DNA of 64,000 bases from Clostridia bacterium (GCA_017934475.1 JAGBJN010000004.1:1783-65782); one strand, 5' to 3'. Shown: positions 11,301 through 21,300, numbered from the stretch's first letter. Made by a program: numbers and translations. The notes: a model not told the origin generated them from the letters alone.

Positions 11301-14300
11301 TTCTACTGTTTCATATATAGCAACATCTTGTCCTGAAATAGTACCACCATTTTCGTCACCTATTACTCTTGTTGCAATTATATAGTCATTTTTATCGTTT
11401 GTTACCTCTAATTCAGTTGCTTCACCATATACTGGTGTTTTCATCATTAATGTTGGTGGCAAATTCTTTCTTAAATACCATACTCCATCAACATTTAGTT
11501 TATTGTAGAATTCTACTGTTGTCATATAATCATAATCAACAGCAGTATCATTTACATCTACACTACTTGAATCAACTAAAATATCATTTGAATAATATGT
11601 ATTTTTTAATACATCATAAACTTTTACTTCATCATAGTTATCTGTATCAGGGTTATATATATAATCTGTCCTTGAAGGATATGCTGTTATAGCACCAATT
11701 CTATTAGCATTTTTAACTAATGAATCTGACAATGTACTTATTACATCTCCAGTATTATACGCATTTACAATACTTTCTTGTCCACTAATATATCCTACTA
11801 TACCACCGCATTGACCTGATCCAACGATTTTTCCTTCATTATATACATTTACAACTTTAGTTCCTGAAGACTGAGCTATAATACCAGCTGATTTACAATA
11901 TCCACCATATTGGCTATCATCAGGTTTTAAGAAGATAACATCTCCTGTATTATAACAACATTCAACTCTTCCGCTATAACAATATGCTGTTATACCAGCT
12001 GCATAAGATCCTCTATCTGCAAGCATATTACCTTTATTAAAGCAATTCTTTATTTCTACATTATCAGCAGCATATGCATCAATACCGCACATATATCCAT
12101 TTGTTCCACCAAGCATTGTAATATTTCCATAGTTGAAGCAATTATTTATTTCATTAATACCATAACCATATCCTACAATTCCTGCAGTATATGATTGTTT
12201 TAAATTAATTTTTCCATAGTTTGTACAATTAGATATTACTTTTCTAAAAGATCCAGATTGCCATGTATATCCAATTATACCTCCAACTCCATTTTCACTT
12301 GCTTCATAACTTGTTATATTTCCTTTATTGTAACAGTTGTCTATTAACTCAAATGGTCCCCATCCAATGATACCACCAAGTCCACCAGCTTGAGTTCCAT
12401 ATTTTGTAATATTTCCTAAATTGTAACTATCTTTTACATAAGAACCTTCTGCTGTTCCTGATACAAAAAATCCAGCAATACCACCCATATAATAACAACT
12501 TGTTTCTTCAGTAGTATGTATATATCCTTTATTATAACAATTTTCTATTTGCACTAAATGTGCATCACTTGCGTATCCTATTATACCACCAAGTGAATAA
12601 GTTCCTTCAATTTCTCCCTCATTATAGCAGTTCTTAAAGCTTTCTGATCTATTTAAATGTACATATCCAACTATACCTGCCATAGTTCCACTTCCTGAAA
12701 TTTTACCTGTATTATAGCAGTTTCTAAAATCTAAATTTGGATTTCTAATTTCACTTGCTCCTATAAGACCTGCTGTAAATTGTGTTCCTTGTATGTTTCC
12801 AGTATTGTATGAATTATATATAAGTATATCGTCTGCATTGTTGTTGCCTATAAATAATCCAATAAGCCCTCCACAATCCATACTTGGCCCAATATTTCCT
12901 TCGTTACCACAATTTATAATATGTATATAATCTGAGTCTACACTATATAATCCAACTAAACCACCTGTATAACCTGAACTATATACAGAAGAACCTTTAT
13001 TTATACAATTGTAAAATACAACATTGATTTTTTTATCTCCTGAATAACCATACAATTGATCCATAAATACACCGGTTTCACCATTATTATAACAATCAAT
13101 AAATTGTACTGTACCTTCACAGTTATACATGTACATATTTTTACCAATTAAGAACGTTACATTACCTGTGTTTTTTATATTCTTGAATTTTACTTTTTGA
13201 AGTCCACCCTCTGAATAAATATTACCCATTATTCCGCCAAATGTATTTGCAGTATTAGAACAATTTATTACTTGTAAATTTTTAACTGTATAATCGTTAA
13301 AATCTCCTATAATTCCTCCTGAGTAATTGTTATATCCACTTTTTACATTAATCGTTCCTGTATTTTTACAATCTTCAATAAATATTGATTCATACATCTT
13401 TATTGATGAACTACTATTATTGAATCTTCCAACAATACCACCTGCATTTATTCCGTCTATTGTTCCTGAATTTTTACAATTTTTTATTTTTAATATATCG
13501 CTTTGTGTTAATGCATTTGTTTCTTCAGAACTAAGAGCATATCCATCAACATTTCCAATTAATCCTCCGGCATAGTTACTATTTACTGATGCTTCATTAT
13601 TACAATTTTCTAAGCTTATGCTATTTACTGCCTTTGCAGCAATACTTCCCGCAGCTAAACTATAATCAGATCCTCCAGTTACAATTGTTCCTGATATCGT
13701 TAAATTTTTAACAACTGCATTTTTTAGCATCGCAAATAAACCTGCATACTCTCTTCCAGATTGATTTATATTTTTTATCTCATGTCCATTACCATCAAAA
13801 GTTCCTGAAAATGGTTTAAATTTTGACTCTGTTCTTGAATAATGTTGATCATTATAATCCCATTCTTCAGTGTAAAAATATAAACCAATTGACTTAAATC
13901 CATTTCCAGTTGTAAGCTCTGTTTTAATATCTGATACTTCACCATCTTCGTTTATATCTCCATATGTTGTTGAAGTTGCATCTCTATATGATTCTTCATC
14001 ACTGAAATCAATATCATTTGCAAGTACGAATTTAGTATCTGCATATGTATTATCATTATCAATCATTTCATTGTCTATTGCTAATAAATCTTCTACATAT
14101 TGAATTTGAACTGTATTTTCTCTTACAGGTTCTACATAATTATCTTCTATTTCAATTTCATTTAATTCATAAGGAGCTTCATTTACCACTTCTCTGTGAT
14201 TATTTAATTCGAATGTTTGGCTACCCTCTCCTGTATATCCATCTGGTGCTTGAACTTCATCAATTCTATACTTACCATCTCTTAATGGTAATGTTATTAC

Positions 14301-17300
14301 ACCTGCTTCATTTGTATATACGTAATATGGACTATCCTCAGGTGCTCCTTCATCTTGCTCTCCAACATAGTTTCCATATACATCTTTACCACAATCTATT
14401 ATATTTCCATCATTATCTAATTCATAAATAACGAATTTAGCATTAGGAAGTAATTCTCCTGTTTCAGAATCAGTTTTTGTTAATTTAAAGTATGCAATAT
14501 CTTGTATAACAAGAGTTACTTTATTTTCTTCAATTATGACATCTTTAATAGAAGTTAGAGAATCTCTATTTTCAATCTCTACCTTTAATTCATCATTTAT
14601 TTTTGTTGTAACAAATTTGATTTCTTCTGTATTTTCTATATATCCATCTGGAGCTTCTATTTCTTTAAGTATATATTCACCTGAAATTGGAACTCCTGGT
14701 ACATATTGATATAATGCTCTAGCAACTGCTACACCATTTTCATCAGTTACTAAATTATCTTCTAATTCGTTATCATCCACTCTCTCAAGACTAAATACAG
14801 CACCTGGGATTTTCTTCATAGATGCTAAGTCTTTCTTGCTAGCATCCTTTTCTACCTTTACAACTTCCAATGTATAAACTGGATTTGATTCTTTTTCTAC
14901 TATAACATTAACTTGAATTAAATGATTTTCTTCATTATTTACAATACTTTCTAGTCTCATTCCTTCATCAAGTGTTGCTGTATAAGTCTCTCCATCTCTT
15001 TCTAGTATAAAGTCATAATTTTCCCTTATATTTCCTTTTACTTGGACTTCTTCAAGTGTATATTCTGTTCCTGGTAATAATCTTCCATAACTTACTAGAC
15101 CATTTGCATCAGTTGCTTTTATATCTTCTCCAAGTTTAGTAACAACAGAATACATTGGTTCATTTGTGTTAACATCAATATATGTAATATTTATTTGATA
15201 TTTTGGTTCATTTTCAATTTCAATATATAATAAGTCATTATCTTCTGTATCTTTAGTTAATCTTTGAGTTCTGAAATGATTATCTGTTACATATTCAAAT
15301 CCTAAACTTCCATCATTATTTTCTACAACTTTAAATTCAACTTTTTTATCACTTAACAAGTAGTCGTTAGGTGCTTTAACTTCCTTAACTTGATATACAG
15401 CATTTACATATAAATTTTGAACATTAAATGCTCCATCATTTCCACTTATAAATAATTTCTTTTGTTCTAGATCTCCTATTACATTCTTTTCTGCAATTTG
15501 ATATATAGCACCTTTAACACTTAAATCAAATCCTTCTTTTAATTTAAGTCCTGTTAAATCATATAATCTTGTTATTTTTAATCCTACTTTTGTAGGTTCT
15601 GTTTCTAAATGAACTATTCCATAAGGTGAATTATAGTCATATTCTACAGCATGTGTAGCATATGAAGTATCATTATAATTTAATCCTTCAGGAATTGTTA
15701 CTGGATAAGTAAATTCATATTGAATTCCAGTTCTTAAAGTTACACTACTAAAGTCAATTAAATATGATTTAATTGTACTCCAATCAGTAATTTGATCTGC
15801 TGTTTTCCAACCATTTTCTGCATTTTCAATATCTTTTCCTGGTTCTCCTACAGCTGAGTAATAAATTGTTGTATTTTCTTGTAAATCTTCAGGTACAACA
15901 ATTGGACCAGTCATAGCTGCTGTAAATACAGAACCAAGTTCTCTATCTCTTAATACATATTTGTTTCCTTCATAAGGAACTCTACCTAATATCTTTGTTC
16001 CTGTAACATTTTGCTTGTAATTATTTACAACTGAAATATCTATATCTGCACTTCTTGTTTCTTTACTTAATTCAGCAATATTTGGTGCAACTGTTATACT
16101 TCCATCGTCATCATAATTTAATACAGTTTGAACTGTTATTAATGTTTCTGATGCACTAATTGGTGTATTACATGTAGCAAAACCTACTGTATCTTCCTTG
16201 CTTCCATTATTATTTGTATCATAAATATCAGTATTTACGTTATAATACTTATTATTATACTCATTGAAATAATATAATTTTAATTGAGAATTTGTGCTTC
16301 TAGATCTTGCATCAGGTACAATATCTAAATTAACATTAATGCTTTCATATGCTGTTGGTTCAGCATTTTCAGTTAATATTTTTATATATTGTTTCTTTGT
16401 TGTCTTATCTTTAAGTAAAGACCATGCTACAACTTCACCATTGTTCATAGTAACATCTTTTACATCAACTTTTACAAATTCAGATGGTAATTCAACAACA
16501 AATGCACCATTTTGCCATTTTGAATGTAATATAGCATTTCTATAAGTAGTGCCTATCGTAAATGATCTATTTAATGTTGGATCATTTTCTTGTTGTGTTT
16601 CAAAAGCTTTATTACTATCCCAACTAATTTTTGCCTCTGATTTTGAAAATGCAAGTTGTACTGAATCACCTTTATCTTGATCTAAATATGTTCTTATTGT
16701 TCCTGCATCTTCTATTTGTTGTCTTGTAAATGCTCTTCTAACAAGATCCATATCTAAGCGTTTTACAACATGCACATTTAATGCTGTATGAGCTTTCATT
16801 GGTGTTGTTTCAATTTTAATCCATGTTGGTGATGGGTCACCATTCTCTATATTTCCAAATGTTTCTCCTGTAATAATATGATCCCATTCTGAATTACTAA
16901 TTTCATTAAATATTCTATCTACAAAACTTTTTCCAAAAACATCATCTAAATATATTTTTGTATAATCACTATTTCTTGTTAAACCAAAAGGTCCTCTCAT
17001 TTTATACTCTAATTCAGCTGCATGTTGATATTGGGCATTTTCTAAACTATGATAGGTTGTATAAGGCATTTCATTTACATATTCTATACCATATATATCA
17101 ATTTTACCTTCTTCTCCTAATGCATATTTTAATGATTCACTATTAGTATATATGAAACAATTTGATTCATATAAATCTAATCCATATGATCCTATTCTAT
17201 CTTGTTGTAAATTATACATTACAATTGATGTATCTTCATCTGTACCATTTACTACATTATAATCTACTACATAATAATAATATTTTTGATCTTCATTATC

Positions 17301-18575
17301 ATAAGCACTTAATAAAGTATTTCCATCAAAATATCTATCTGTTATTCCCCAAGTAAGTGGATTTCTTTCTATGGTAGCATATGTATTTTCATGGAATTTT
17401 ACCTCTTTTGTTACAACTCCTATTGGCTTATCTCCACCTCTATCCATCATTATAATTACGCCTAAATTTCTTTGTGTTTCTGATGAAATAGGGTTTGTAT
17501 AATTTGGATTATTATATCCTGTATATGATGTATGTACTTCAAATAAAAATTCTGCTTTAGCATCTTCAAGTATCTCTCCATTTTGGTAAAAACATTGTTT
17601 AAAAGCCTCTAATGGATATTTAATATCAAAGGCATATCTATTTCTATTTGAAACAGAATAATTATTATCATTATAAGATATCGTAATAGTTTTTGTTTCT
17701 TCATCATAAGTTCCTACTGTTGGTCTTACCCATTCTGGTTCATATCCATTTAAGTTTGGTATTTTTATTGTTGTAGATGTACTTTTTATAGGTAATACTC
17801 CTACTCTATCTCCTGTTTTAACCTCCACAGTAAATGGAGCAGCTGCATATTCTGGTAATGTGTCTACACCATAACTTGGACTCGCATATTCTTCATCTGT
17901 TTGAGTTATATATCTTGTTCTAACATCAGATGGTGCGTCTATATATGCTTCCAAACTACCATACCAATCAACCTTTAAGTCAATTTCTTTGTTAATAGGT
18001 GTTCTTGTTTCACCATCTGATGATACATGAGTACCTGTCAATGTTATTTTAGAATTTTTAGAGAAATAATCTTTATTTAAAATTTTTGCTGTAATTGAAG
18101 ATAATATTAATCTTTGTGTACCAGCATTAACATTGTCCAAAAGTATTTCTTTTCCATCTTCTATATTAATGTAGTTTTGTGCAAAGAAACCATCTTTTAT
18201 AAAATTATCAAATCTAACTTTATAGTTATTTCCTTCACTTATAGTTATTTTTCCATCTTCTAATGTTCCATCACTTACTACATTAAGTTCCATGTATAGG
18301 ACATCTTGGCCGGCAACGTTCATTGTCGTTCCTGCTAGCTTATCTGCTATTCCATCTCTATTTAAATCTCTTAAGAAATAAGCTAAGAATTCAACATTGT
18401 CGCAACCCTCAACCTTCTTATCCTCATCTGTGAATTGTTTGTATGTCATTGCTAATCTGTCTTCTTGAGACATTGTTAGTTTTTGTACATTTGGTATTAA
18501 TATACTTGCAACTAATGCAACTAAAACTAGTAATGCAACTCCAATCCATAAAATTTTGTTTCTTAAAGTACCCAT
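8343..18575 (-). CDS. Giant sortase-anchored adhesin-like protein, paralog 2 (3410 aa from the preferred start)
   Basis: The track ORF is 8343..18662; I prefer ATG 18575 (MGTLRNKILWIG...) with RBS AAGGAG 6 nt upstream. The order is an N-terminal TM segment, Cna-B/SpaA-like modules (e.g. TKTDSETGELLPNAKFVIYELDNDG...DGKYRIDEVQAPDGY), about 19 GLUG-like rungs, and MucBP-like modules (VIVHHY..., VLVHHT..., VRAIYVD...). The C-terminus is IPQTG plus a hydrophobic stretch plus KMKK. Confidence 0.9.
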   Translation of the reverse strand: MGTLRNKILWIGVALLVLVALVASILIPNVQKLTMSQEDRLAMTYKQFTDEDKKVEGCDNVEFLAYFLRDLNRDGIADKLAGTTMNVAGQDVLYMELNVVSDGTLEDGKITISEGNNYKVRFDNFIKDGFFAQNYINIEDGKEILLDNVNAGTQRLILSSITAKILNKDYFSKNSKITLTGTHVSSDGETRTPINKEIDLKVDWYGSLEAYIDAPSDVRTRYITQTDEEYASPSYGVDTLPEYAAAPFTVEVKTGDRVGVLPIKSTSTTIKIPNLNGYEPEWVRPTVGTYDEETKTITISYNDNNYSVSNRNRYAFDIKYPLEAFKQCFYQNGEILEDAKAEFLFEVHTSYTGYNNPNYTNPISSETQRNLGVIIMMDRGGDKPIGVVTKEVKFHENTYATIERNPLTWGITDRYFDGNTLLSAYDNEDQKYYYYVVDYNVVNGTDEDTSIVMYNLQQDRIGSYGLDLYESNCFIYTNSESLKYALGEEGKIDIYGIEYVNEMPYTTYHSLENAQYQHAAELEYKMRGPFGLTRNSDYTKIYLDDVFGKSFVDRIFNEISNSEWDHIITGETFGNIENGDPSPTWIKIETTPMKAHTALNVHVVKRLDMDLVRRAFTRQQIEDAGTIRTYLDQDKGDSVQLAFSKSEAKISWDSNKAFETQQENDPTLNRSFTIGTTYRNAILHSKWQNGAFVVELPSEFVKVDVKDVTMNNGEVVAWSLLKDKTTKKQYIKILTENAEPTAYESINVNLDIVPDARSRSTNSQLKLYYFNEYNNKYYNVNTDIYDTNNNGSKEDTVGFATCNTPISASETLITVQTVLNYDDDGSITVAPNIAELSKETRSADIDISVVNNYKQNVTGTKILGRVPYEGNKYVLRDRELGSVFTAAMTGPIVVPEDLQENTTIYYSAVGEPGKDIENAENGWKTADQITDWSTIKSYLIDFSSVTLRTGIQYEFTYPVTIPEGLNYNDTSYATHAVEYDYNSPYGIVHLETEPTKVGLKITRLYDLTGLKLKEGFDLSVKGAIYQIAEKNVIGDLEQKKLFISGNDGAFNVQNLYVNAVYQVKEVKAPNDYLLSDKKVEFKVVENNDGSLGFEYVTDNHFRTQRLTKDTEDNDLLYIEIENEPKYQINITYIDVNTNEPMYSVVTKLGEDIKATDANGLVSYGRLLPGTEYTLEEVQVKGNIRENYDFILERDGETYTATLDEGMRLESIVNNEENHLIQVNVIVEKESNPVYTLEVVKVEKDASKKDLASMKKIPGAVFSLERVDDNELEDNLVTDENGVAVARALYQYVPGVPISGEYILKEIEAPDGYIENTEEIKFVTTKINDELKVEIENRDSLTSIKDVIIEENKVTLVIQDIAYFKLTKTDSETGELLPNAKFVIYELDNDGNIIDCGKDVYGNYVGEQDEGAPEDSPYYVYTNEAGVITLPLRDGKYRIDEVQAPDGYTGEGSQTFELNNHREVVNEAPYELNEIEIEDNYVEPVRENTVQIQYVEDLLAIDNEMIDNDNTYADTKFVLANDIDFSDEESYRDATSTTYGDINEDGEVSDIKTELTTGNGFKSIGLYFYTEEWDYNDQHYSRTESKFKPFSGTFDGNGHEIKNINQSGREYAGLFAMLKNAVVKNLTISGTIVTGGSDYSLAAGSIAAKAVNSISLENCNNEASVNSNYAGGLIGNVDGYALSSEETNALTQSDILKIKNCKNSGTIDGINAGGIVGRFNNSSSSIKMYESIFIEDCKNTGTINVKSGYNNYSGGIIGDFNDYTVKNLQVINCSNTANTFGGIMGNIYSEGGLQKVKFKNIKNTGNVTFLIGKNMYMYNCEGTVQFIDCYNNGETGVFMDQLYGYSGDKKINVVFYNCINKGSSVYSSGYTGGLVGLYSVDSDYIHIINCGNEGNIGPSMDCGGLIGLFIGNNNADDILIYNSYNTGNIQGTQFTAGLIGASEIRNPNLDFRNCYNTGKISGSGTMAGIVGYVHLNRSESFKNCYNEGEIEGTYSLGGIIGYASDAHLVQIENCYNKGYIHTTEETSCYYMGGIAGFFVSGTAEGSYVKDSYNLGNITKYGTQAGGLGGIIGWGPFELIDNCYNKGNITSYEASENGVGGIIGYTWQSGSFRKVISNCTNYGKINLKQSYTAGIVGYGYGINEINNCFNYGNITMLGGTNGYMCGIDAYAADNVEIKNCFNKGNMLADRGSYAAGITAYCYSGRVECCYNTGDVIFLKPDDSQYGGYCKSAGIIAQSSGTKVVNVYNEGKIVGSGQCGGIVGYISGQESIVNAYNTGDVISTLSDSLVKNANRIGAITAYPSRTDYIYNPDTDNYDEVKVYDVLKNTYYSNDILVDSSSVDVNDTAVDYDYMTTVEFYNKLNVDGVWYLRKNLPPTLMMKTPVYGEATELEVTNDKNDYIIATRVIGDENGGTISGQDVAIYETVEAGENNEKTIEVEVAENYTLLNMSINNKKIDFASKMVDDKVVLEAGYFNDMDEDKLVAVTFAKNPVEIEKVDEDTGESLAGAKLHIKNYDTAWAEDANQNAFGELTACEGSTYYFVKNSNGEYVSNNQYRKGTCANSYIPIDLRDYKGVYTLKVGYYVRADYADYGYLTIREDTVAPTHSDVVGRFAHDYNHTSSYGATTSLEGGKVYYLHMGYFKSQYSSNRYDDCMKVTSLQLTIDAGNNIDQEIEVGENGKFVVDIPTDVLFIQEVEAPMGYQLDDTVHEYDLTQSRQIRFTNKVDDTQQPVIVHHYLINNGVKTTNKVAEDETLRGLIGKEYSTSPKKLEGLTVNADEFPENAVGVFSNEIIEVNYYYDIDNIDLTIHHYKEGTTTAIVPDEVVTTTPSIVVENNSYTLSLNQEYVIKNNEKYNTLINGNYKFVDVFSDAEEALTISKTLHYSANAQLTYTYEDKIYDIKTQVNTHIETVTDSETGETTQVRVAGGTISGQDLPVYEQVLPGEDATKDIVITADDGYTINNVKIISTDDDGVETAKVLYGEEAEECEVTYTGDERGITLTTFEDVHAHKTVSVTFAPIPKDAMVLVHHTIEGKGEDYQTVIIEGIVGDEYRTEAITIPGYKLKATPLNATGRMTEATIDVYYIYEPKDCKIIIKYIDIYSEEEIDREELDGKYDEEIDIRDYSKEIDGYTLRERPEETRVKYAEEEQVYTYKYARNMQVRAIYVDPEGNKVAEDVVISGYEGKAYETEAKDVDGYELVEVPSNASGTMRIGEDGNTEIVVRYEYKKIEVPIPDTKVVEKYVDINSGEVVESYDHNGKVGDKYDIAPRKVEGYVLIQKDKDGNSIMPKNERGIMTEEVIEVVYYVAKDAKVKAKYVVKYGGKDIADEEEIPGYEGKEYSVDPKDIDGYELIEIDGNPEGTMKPGENVVTFYYAKKATGIIPQTGINVFLYAMFAIAIIVVANGTLFIVYKMKK
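8433..8447 (-). other. IPQTG cell-wall sorting motif of paralog 2
   Basis: The motif is followed by INVFLYAMFAIAIIVVANGTLFIVY and a KMKK tail, the classic tripartite sortase signal. Confidence 0.8.
11650..13790 (-). repeat. Coding array of ~19 GLUG-like beta-helix rungs (approximate bounds)
   Basis: Rungs follow the pattern N-C-x-N-x-G-x-I ... [AG]GG[IL][IV]G, for example RNCYNTGKISGSGTMAGIVGYV and KNCYNEGEIEGTYSLGGIIGYA. Confidence 0.6.
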
Positions 18576-18830
18576 CTTTTTTATCTCCTTCTTTTGCAGT
18601 TGAAATTTAATTTTTTCCTTTCCTTTATCAACCGCTATTTGTTTATACTCAAAATTTAGCATATATATAATAAAAAAAACAAGTTCATATATGTTGGAAA
18701 TAAAGGATAATATTTAATATGTACTTGCGGATATTTATTTTTAATATTAAACTTTACATTTTACTAACAATTTCATTATTTTGTTACAAAAAACTACTTT
18801 TTTAGAAATATTATTGTAATTTTTTCTTTT
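18576..18830 (-). promoter_or_regulatory. Conserved upstream leader/promoter region of giant adhesin gene, copy 2
   Basis: It has the same conserved blocks as 7872..8105. Confidence 0.4.
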
Positions 18831-18948
18831 TCAAAATATTGTTTTCTTTTATTTCCCTAAGTTTTTCTTTTTTATATATTTCTATTGATTTTTATCCACA
18901 TTTTCTATACAATAGTGTTGATAATTTTACAAAAGAGATGGTGAAATA

Positions 18949-21219
18949 ATGAGTAAAAAAATTAATAAAAATAAAAACAAAATTAAGGCTAAAAATACCT
19001 CAATCAATAAAAACAAAGTAAGTAAAGAAAGTGATAATAATATATCAAATTATTCTATATCCAAAAGATTACTTGTACTTCTTATTTCTATTATTGTTTT
19101 ATTTCTTATACTTGCAGGTAGACTTTTTTTCATTCAGTTTTTTCAAGGCTCTGAATTAAAAGAAGCTGCAAACCGCCAGCAAACCGCAAATAGAATAATA
19201 AGTGCTAAAAGAGGAAACATCTATGACTCAACAGGAAAACTTTTAGCAGCAAGTGCTTCAGTCGATACAGTAAGTATTAACCCTAGTAGAATAAAAGACG
19301 AAAACAAAGAAAAAGTAGCCAAAGCATTTGCAGATATATTTGCTCTTGATTACAATGAAATGTTAACAAAAGTTAAAAGCGAAAAATCTACTGAAGTTAT
19401 TATTAAAAAAGTAGAACAAGATAAAATAGAACAATTAAAAACATGGATGGAAAACAATAAAGCATATTCAGGAATAAATATAGATGAAGATGTTAAAAGA
19501 TATTATCCATATGGAACTCTTGCATCAAACCTTATAGGTTTTTGTAACACAGATAATGTTGGTCAAGAGGGACTTGAAAGATATTGGGATAATATACTTG
19601 CAGGAACATCTGGCAAGATGGTAACAGTTGAAAATGCTGCATCTAGATTAATACCAGATAAAAATGAATCATATGTACCTGCTGAAAATGGAAGTAATTT
19701 AACTCTTACAATAGATGCAAATATTCAAAATATTACAGAAAAATACTTAGAACAGGCTTGTATAGAAAATGGATGTAGTAAAGGTGGAGTTGCTATTGTA
19801 ATGAATCCTCATAATGGTGATATCCTTTCAATGGCAAATTATCCGTATTTTGATTTAAATTCACCTAGAGAGCCAAATTCAACACTAGCACCAACATGGG
19901 AAGAACTAAATGATGAAGAACAATTAAATGCTTTATTCAAAATGTGGAGAAATAGAGCAGTTGCAGATACATATGAACCTGGATCAACATTTAAAGTTAT
20001 TACGGCTGCTGTTGGATTAGAGGAAAACTTAGTTACAACAGACGAACCAGGAGATTTCTATTGTAGAGGATATGAATTAATTAATGGCGTAAGAATAAAC
20101 TGTTGGAAATATGAAACAACTCATGGTTCTCAGTCCTTAAGAGAATCTTTGATGAATTCATGTAACCCAGCTTTAATGCAACTTGGAAATAGAATTGGAG
20201 AGGAAACATTATATAAATATTATGATGCATTTGGTCTATTTGACAAAACAGGAATTGCAACATCAAGTGAAGCAAACAGTCAATTTTGGCCACTAGAAAA
20301 TGTTGGAAACATAGAACTAGCAACTATGTCATTTGGCCAACGTTTTCGTATTACCCCTATTCAACTTATAACTGCAGTTTCTGCAATCGCAAATGATGGT
20401 GTTCTTGTACAACCTAGAATTGTAAAATCAATTGAAAATACAGATACAGGTGCAATTACTCAAATTGATCAAAAAAATGTTAGACAAGTTGTATCAAAAG
20501 AAACAGCAAATAAAATGATGGATATGCTTGAATCCGTTGTTTCAAGTGGAACAGGTAGATATGGACAAGTTAATGGATATTCTGTTGCTGGAAAAACTGG
20601 AACATCAGAACCAGATAGCAACGAAGGTTCTTATTATGTAGCATCATTTATATGTATTTCACCTGTTGAAAATCCTGAAGTTGTTGTTTTAGTTGCTTTG
20701 CATGATCCTTCTGGTACAGCATCTGGTGGTTCTATGGCAGCACCAGCAGCATCTCAAATTCTTACAGAAGTTTTACCATATTTAGGAGTTCCTTCTGATG
20801 ATCTTTCATCTGAAGAATCAAGTGAAGTTGAAACAACAACACTAGTTGACGTTAGAAATAAAACAGTTGCAGAAGCACAAAAAATTATTGAGGAAGCAGG
20901 CTTTAACTGTAACATATCTGGTGAAGATACAACAGTTCTTGTTACAGACCAAGTTCCAAAACCAGGAACAGCATTAGTAGATGGTGCAAATGTATATTTA
21001 TATACTGCCGGAAATGAAACGAGAGTTTCTCAAGAAGTTCCAAATTTAAGAGGAATGAGCTATTTAGAAGCAAGAAATGCTTTAAGAGAAAAAAATTTAA
21101 ATATAGGAATCTCAGGAACAGGTAAAGTTATATCTCAAGATCCAACAGCTGGGTCTTCTGTAGAGGAAGGTTCAATAATACATGTTAACCTAACTCAAAC
21201 TTCTGGAGATTCACATTAA
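18949..21219 (+). CDS. Class B penicillin-binding protein (SpoVD/PBP2B/FtsI-like) with two C-terminal PASTA domains
   Basis: It has an N-terminal TM segment and the transpeptidase motifs STFK, SCN (MNSCNP) and KTGT. There are two PASTA-like repeats (TLVDVRNKTVAEAQKIIEEAGF..., VPNLRGMSYLEARNALREKNL...). Confidence 0.9.
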   Translation: MSKKINKNKNKIKAKNTSINKNKVSKESDNNISNYSISKRLLVLLISIIVLFLILAGRLFFIQFFQGSELKEAANRQQTANRIISAKRGNIYDSTGKLLAASASVDTVSINPSRIKDENKEKVAKAFADIFALDYNEMLTKVKSEKSTEVIIKKVEQDKIEQLKTWMENNKAYSGINIDEDVKRYYPYGTLASNLIGFCNTDNVGQEGLERYWDNILAGTSGKMVTVENAASRLIPDKNESYVPAENGSNLTLTIDANIQNITEKYLEQACIENGCSKGGVAIVMNPHNGDILSMANYPYFDLNSPREPNSTLAPTWEELNDEEQLNALFKMWRNRAVADTYEPGSTFKVITAAVGLEENLVTTDEPGDFYCRGYELINGVRINCWKYETTHGSQSLRESLMNSCNPALMQLGNRIGEETLYKYYDAFGLFDKTGIATSSEANSQFWPLENVGNIELATMSFGQRFRITPIQLITAVSAIANDGVLVQPRIVKSIENTDTGAITQIDQKNVRQVVSKETANKMMDMLESVVSSGTGRYGQVNGYSVAGKTGTSEPDSNEGSYYVASFICISPVENPEVVVLVALHDPSGTASGGSMAAPAASQILTEVLPYLGVPSDDLSSEESSEVETTTLVDVRNKTVAEAQKIIEEAGFNCNISGEDTTVLVTDQVPKPGTALVDGANVYLYTAGNETRVSQEVPNLRGMSYLEARNALREKNLNIGISGTGKVISQDPTAGSSVEEGSIIHVNLTQTSGDSH

Positions 21220-21247
21220 TATTTATATAATTTTAATTATAAAAAAT

Positions 21248-21279
21248 AAAGAGTATTTGAAAATACTCTTTATTTTTTA
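21248..21279. terminator. Bidirectional rho-independent terminator between convergent PBP and SDR genes
   Basis: The stem AAAGAGTATT / AATACTCTTT has a 4-nt loop and is flanked by A-run and T-run. Confidence 0.75.
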
Positions 21280-21300
21280 TTTTACTTTTTAAATTCTTAT

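Noticed and set aside
11650-13790. The regular ~60-75-nt periodicity was considered as a possible CRISPR-like or satellite DNA repeat.
   Set aside because: The periodicity is at protein level (beta-helix rungs) within one long ORF. The DNA units are not identical and there are no spacer-like unique segments or a leader.
8666-17356. Many 60-130-aa plus-strand ORFs lie inside the giant adhesin gene (e.g. 8881..9219, 11369..11692, 14045..14431). Similar ones lie inside other minus-strand genes (24479..24871, 33334-range, 34091..34528, 52427..53304).
   Set aside because: All are antisense to long, well-supported genes. Their translations are Leu/His/Ser/Phe-rich, as expected from reverse complements of AT-rich coding DNA.
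18576-18662. The track gives N-terminal extensions for several ORFs: the giant adhesin from 18662, rpoB from 47391, ftsH from 23977, gdpP from 38431, and the secreted and cohesin proteins from 48413 and 31710.
   Set aside because: Internal starts have proper Shine-Dalgarno spacing and produce canonical N-termini (a signal peptide, or a conserved RpoB/FtsH start). The extensions contain the RBS itself or add implausible residues.
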